A stretch of 62,761 nt of DNA, filler included, from Coriobacteriales bacterium (GTDB taxonomy: Bacteria > Actinomycetota > Coriobacteriia > Coriobacteriales > UBA8131), in NCBI GenBank assembly GCA_031263105.1. It is 5 parts of 5 records of this genome, joined end to end, with 100 filler letters (N's around TTAATTAATTAA, not from the genome) between each part and the next. Parts side by side here need not be neighbours in the genome. Positions count along the whole stretch, not along the records: positions 50,178 to 62,761 come from JAISGJ010000161.1; 4 more parts are not named here. One strand, written 5' to 3'. Below are positions 60,144 through 62,761 of this stretch, piece after piece (the first letter of the stretch is position 1; every line of letters starts with the position of its first letter). A program made the position numbers and the translations under genes. A model generated the notes under the pieces. The model worked only from the letters and a program-made list of their open reading frames with translations, had not been told where the DNA came from and made no database searches.

Positions 60144-61709
60144 ATGAACAGCACCACCGATGCCGCCCTTTGTTTTTGCGAGGAAGCTGACAGGAGGCCC
60201 CCTCCCATGGCCGCATCTTCTCGACGTATGCGCGGCAGCCCGAACACGTCGCCAAGCCAGGTGAACCTCGTCTCGGCACGCTCACAATCCCATGCAAGGG
60301 CCCATAGGCTCTCGCGGGTCAATTCAGCCGACGGCTATGCCAGCCTGCGCAGGAAGCGCGCCCGCAAGAAGAAGGTGCTGGTGGCGGCATCCATCACGCT
60401 TGCTTCCCTGCTCGTGGCCGCCGTGGTTGCGGTGGGGGTCTATGTCCTCGTCATAAACGGCAAGCTGGGAACCGACCAACAGGGAACCCAGGCGGACTTC
60501 GGCTCCGGGGCCTACGCGGGTGCGCTCAAGGAGCCGGCGGCACCCGAGGACCCCTTCTGGATGCTCCTTATGGGCACGGACAACCGCGAGGGCTACGAGG
60601 TCCCCCGCACCGACACCCTCATTTTGGCGCACGTGGACCAGAAGAACAAGAAGGCCGCGATGATATCGATACCGCGCGACCTGTACGTGGAGATACCGGG
60701 GCACGGCTCGGACAGGGTGAACACGGCCTATGCCCTCGCCGAGGCGGAGGAGCCCGGCACAGGGCCCGCGCTTACGATAAAGACGGTCCAGGCGCTCGCG
60801 GGCGTCGACATATCCTACTTCGCCCAGATCGACTTCAACGGGCTGGTCGGGCTCGTCGACGGCCTCGGCGGCGTCGAGGTCGATGTGCCGGTCGATATCA
60901 TCGGCGACATCGACGCAGGCGGCCTCGACATCCACTCCGGCCTCCAGACGCTCGACGGCGCACACGCCCTCACCTTCTGCCGCTCGCGCGACCCCTTCTT
61001 CATCGGCGACTACCAGCGTCAGGCCAACCAGCGCACCTTCCTCCAGGCGCTCGCGCGGAAGATCCTGGCGGCTGATTTGCCGACCATTGCGACCATGGTG
61101 ACGAACGTGGCCGACATGACCTTCACGAACCTCGACCTCGCGACGCTCGTCAAGGTCGCGCAGGGCATGCAGGGGATGCAGGAGAACGGCATCCACACCT
61201 ACTTCGTCCCCTCGACCCTCCCGCCGGACGACAACGAGGGCCCCTCCTACGTGGCGCTCGACGAGTACGCATGGAGCCAGCTCGTCACCTCCCTCGACGC
61301 AGGCGAGTACCCCGAGCACCAGGACGACTCCCTTGCGGGGGTGGTGCCCGAGGGCTATCTCCCCAGCACGGCCCTCTCGACGACCGACCGGCTCTCTGGG
61401 CAGGCCTCTACGGTGGCCACCGGGGACTACGTCGTGGACGTGCGCAACGGCTGCGGCACCGACGGCTGTGCGACCAGCGTGTCCGACATGCTTGCGCTGG
61501 CGGGCTACCGGCATGGGGAGATAGGCAACGCGAACTCGTTCGTCTACGACACGACGCTCGTCATCTACCAGGACGACGCGCGCAAGGCCGCCGCCGAGGA
61601 CATCCGCAAGCGCCTCGGGTACGGGAAGCTCATCTCTTCGGAGGGCAGGTACACCTTCACCGGGGACGTGCTCGTCGTCGTCGGAGACGACTTCCCCGTG
61701 AGCAAGTGA
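60144..61709 (+). CDS. LCP (LytR-CpsA-Psr) family protein with LytR_C domain
   Basis: LLMGTD, RTDTL, SIPRD, RQANQ, V.VRNG...VVVGDDF. Confidence 0.92.
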   Translation: MNSTTDAALCFCEEADRRPPPMAASSRRMRGSPNTSPSQVNLVSARSQSHARAHRLSRVNSADGYASLRRKRARKKKVLVAASITLASLLVAAVVAVGVYVLVINGKLGTDQQGTQADFGSGAYAGALKEPAAPEDPFWMLLMGTDNREGYEVPRTDTLILAHVDQKNKKAAMISIPRDLYVEIPGHGSDRVNTAYALAEAEEPGTGPALTIKTVQALAGVDISYFAQIDFNGLVGLVDGLGGVEVDVPVDIIGDIDAGGLDIHSGLQTLDGAHALTFCRSRDPFFIGDYQRQANQRTFLQALARKILAADLPTIATMVTNVADMTFTNLDLATLVKVAQGMQGMQENGIHTYFVPSTLPPDDNEGPSYVALDEYAWSQLVTSLDAGEYPEHQDDSLAGVVPEGYLPSTALSTTDRLSGQASTVATGDYVVDVRNGCGTDGCATSVSDMLALAGYRHGEIGNANSFVYDTTLVIYQDDARKAAAEDIRKRLGYGKLISSEGRYTFTGDVLVVVGDDFPVSK

Positions 61710-61711
61710 TC

Positions 61712-61876
61712 AGGGAAGCACCGATCGATTCATTGCGCACCACCTGGCGGCCAATTTGCTCCTGCCCTGCGTTGGAGGCACCGGGCATTACGTCCAGTAG
61801 TGTCCGATGCCTCCGCCTTGACCAGAGGCACATTGACTCGCCATCTGGCGCACAGGCAATCAATCGGCACTTCCCT
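61712..61876. mobile_element. 165-bp MITE-like element (family B), copy 2
   Basis: Imperfect TIR AGGGAAGCACCGAT / ATCGGCACTTCCCT; reverse-complement homologue of 20201-20365. Confidence 0.75.
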
Positions 61877-61889
61877 GGGGAAGCGCCGG

Positions 61890-62726
61890 TCAGCCCTGTG
61901 GCCCCTCTGCATCCGGTGCAGCGGCCGCAGGCAGGGTGGCGTTCATGGAGCCGGTGCGGTAGCCTGCGAGGTCGAGCGCGACGAAGGTGAAGCCGCAGGC
62001 GCAGAGGGCGTCGTGGACGCGCGCACGCCGCGCCGCATCGCCAAGGAGCGCCCGCCCCGCCTCGTCGCACTCGATGCGCGCGACGTCGCCGTGCGAGCGC
62101 ACGCGCACCTGGTGGAGGCCCTCGTCGAGCAGGGTCTGCTCCGCCCTGTCCACCCGGGCAAGGCCCTCGGCGGTTATCCTCTCGCCAAAGGGGAAGCGCG
62201 ACGCGAGGCAGGCGAAGCTTTGTTTGTCGGCGGTCGCAAGGCCGAGCTTTCTTGAGAGGGCGCGAACCTCGGCCTTCGTGAGGCCCGCCTCGCGCAGGGG
62301 GCTGCGGACGCCGTGCTCCGCCACCGCCCTGAGGCCGGGGCGGTAGTCGCCCTCGTCGTCGAGGTTGGAGCCCTCGGCGATCCATGCAAGGCCCCGTTCG
62401 GTCGCCACGCCCTCGATGTGGGAGAACAGCCCGTCCTTGCAGAGGTAGCAGCGGTCCGGCGGGTTGTCGGCAAAGCCGTCGATGGCAAGCTCCTCGGAGT
62501 CGATGACCACGTGCACGATGCCCTGCGCCTCGCAGAACGCTTGCGCCTCCTTGAGCTCGCGTTCGGGGAAGGAGCATGAGCGGGCGGTGACCGCCACGGC
62601 CTTCTCCCCCAGTTCCTGATGGGCGACGAGGAGCAGCAGGGTCGAATCGACCCCCCCGCTGAACGCGACGGCAACGGAGCCGAGCCGTCCGAGCCCTTCG
62701 CGGAGCCTCTCGAGTTTTTCCTTCAT
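61890..62726 (-). CDS. larE: ATP-dependent sacrificial sulfur transferase LarE family
   Basis: AFSGGVDST PP-loop, NPPDRCYLCK, DYRPG, ACLASRFP, QVRVR. Confidence 0.9.
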   Translation of the reverse strand: MKEKLERLREGLGRLGSVAVAFSGGVDSTLLLLVAHQELGEKAVAVTARSCSFPERELKEAQAFCEAQGIVHVVIDSEELAIDGFADNPPDRCYLCKDGLFSHIEGVATERGLAWIAEGSNLDDEGDYRPGLRAVAEHGVRSPLREAGLTKAEVRALSRKLGLATADKQSFACLASRFPFGERITAEGLARVDRAEQTLLDEGLHQVRVRSHGDVARIECDEAGRALLGDAARRARVHDALCACGFTFVALDLAGYRTGSMNATLPAAAAPDAEGPQG

Positions 62727-62761
62727 GCCACACATCCTTTGCAACGACCCTGCACCCTGCG

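Overview
GC-rich actinobacterial DNA, most consistent with Coriobacteriia/Eggerthellaceae (membrane-bound LuxR regulators paired with Tat-exported flavoproteins and molybdopterin enzymes). The window is five contigs joined by artificial 100-nt N-TTAATTAATTAA-N linkers (30719, 36863, 44732, 50078), so synteny across these points cannot be trusted. Ordinary content: three FAD-dependent reductases, two Mo-bis-PGD operons, several toxin-antitoxin modules, spoVS, a 5' part of miaB, the F1Fo ATP synthase operon, murA, an LCP protein and larE. Most interesting: (1) a putative RiPP cluster at 23.3-25.8 kb, with a 66-aa precursor (core YDKFTHSKSSCQCVC...) between two radical SAM/SPASM enzymes; (2) a ~330-nt leader in front of it whose four main helices have only G-U non-canonical pairs on the + strand, suggesting a structured RNA; (3) a membrane Ser/Thr kinase whose C-terminal DUF6273/CLec-like end looks like a diversity-generating retroelement (DGR) variable region, next to a near-identical kinase with a different ectodomain; (4) four tandem lipoproteins with DLNxGAGGxY repeats (MABP/beta-prism-like); (5) a DUF4417-toxin-immunity module; (6) several families of MITE/REP-like palindromes, one of which inserts into coding sequences. 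All family assignments come from motif recognition by eye; no database searches were run.
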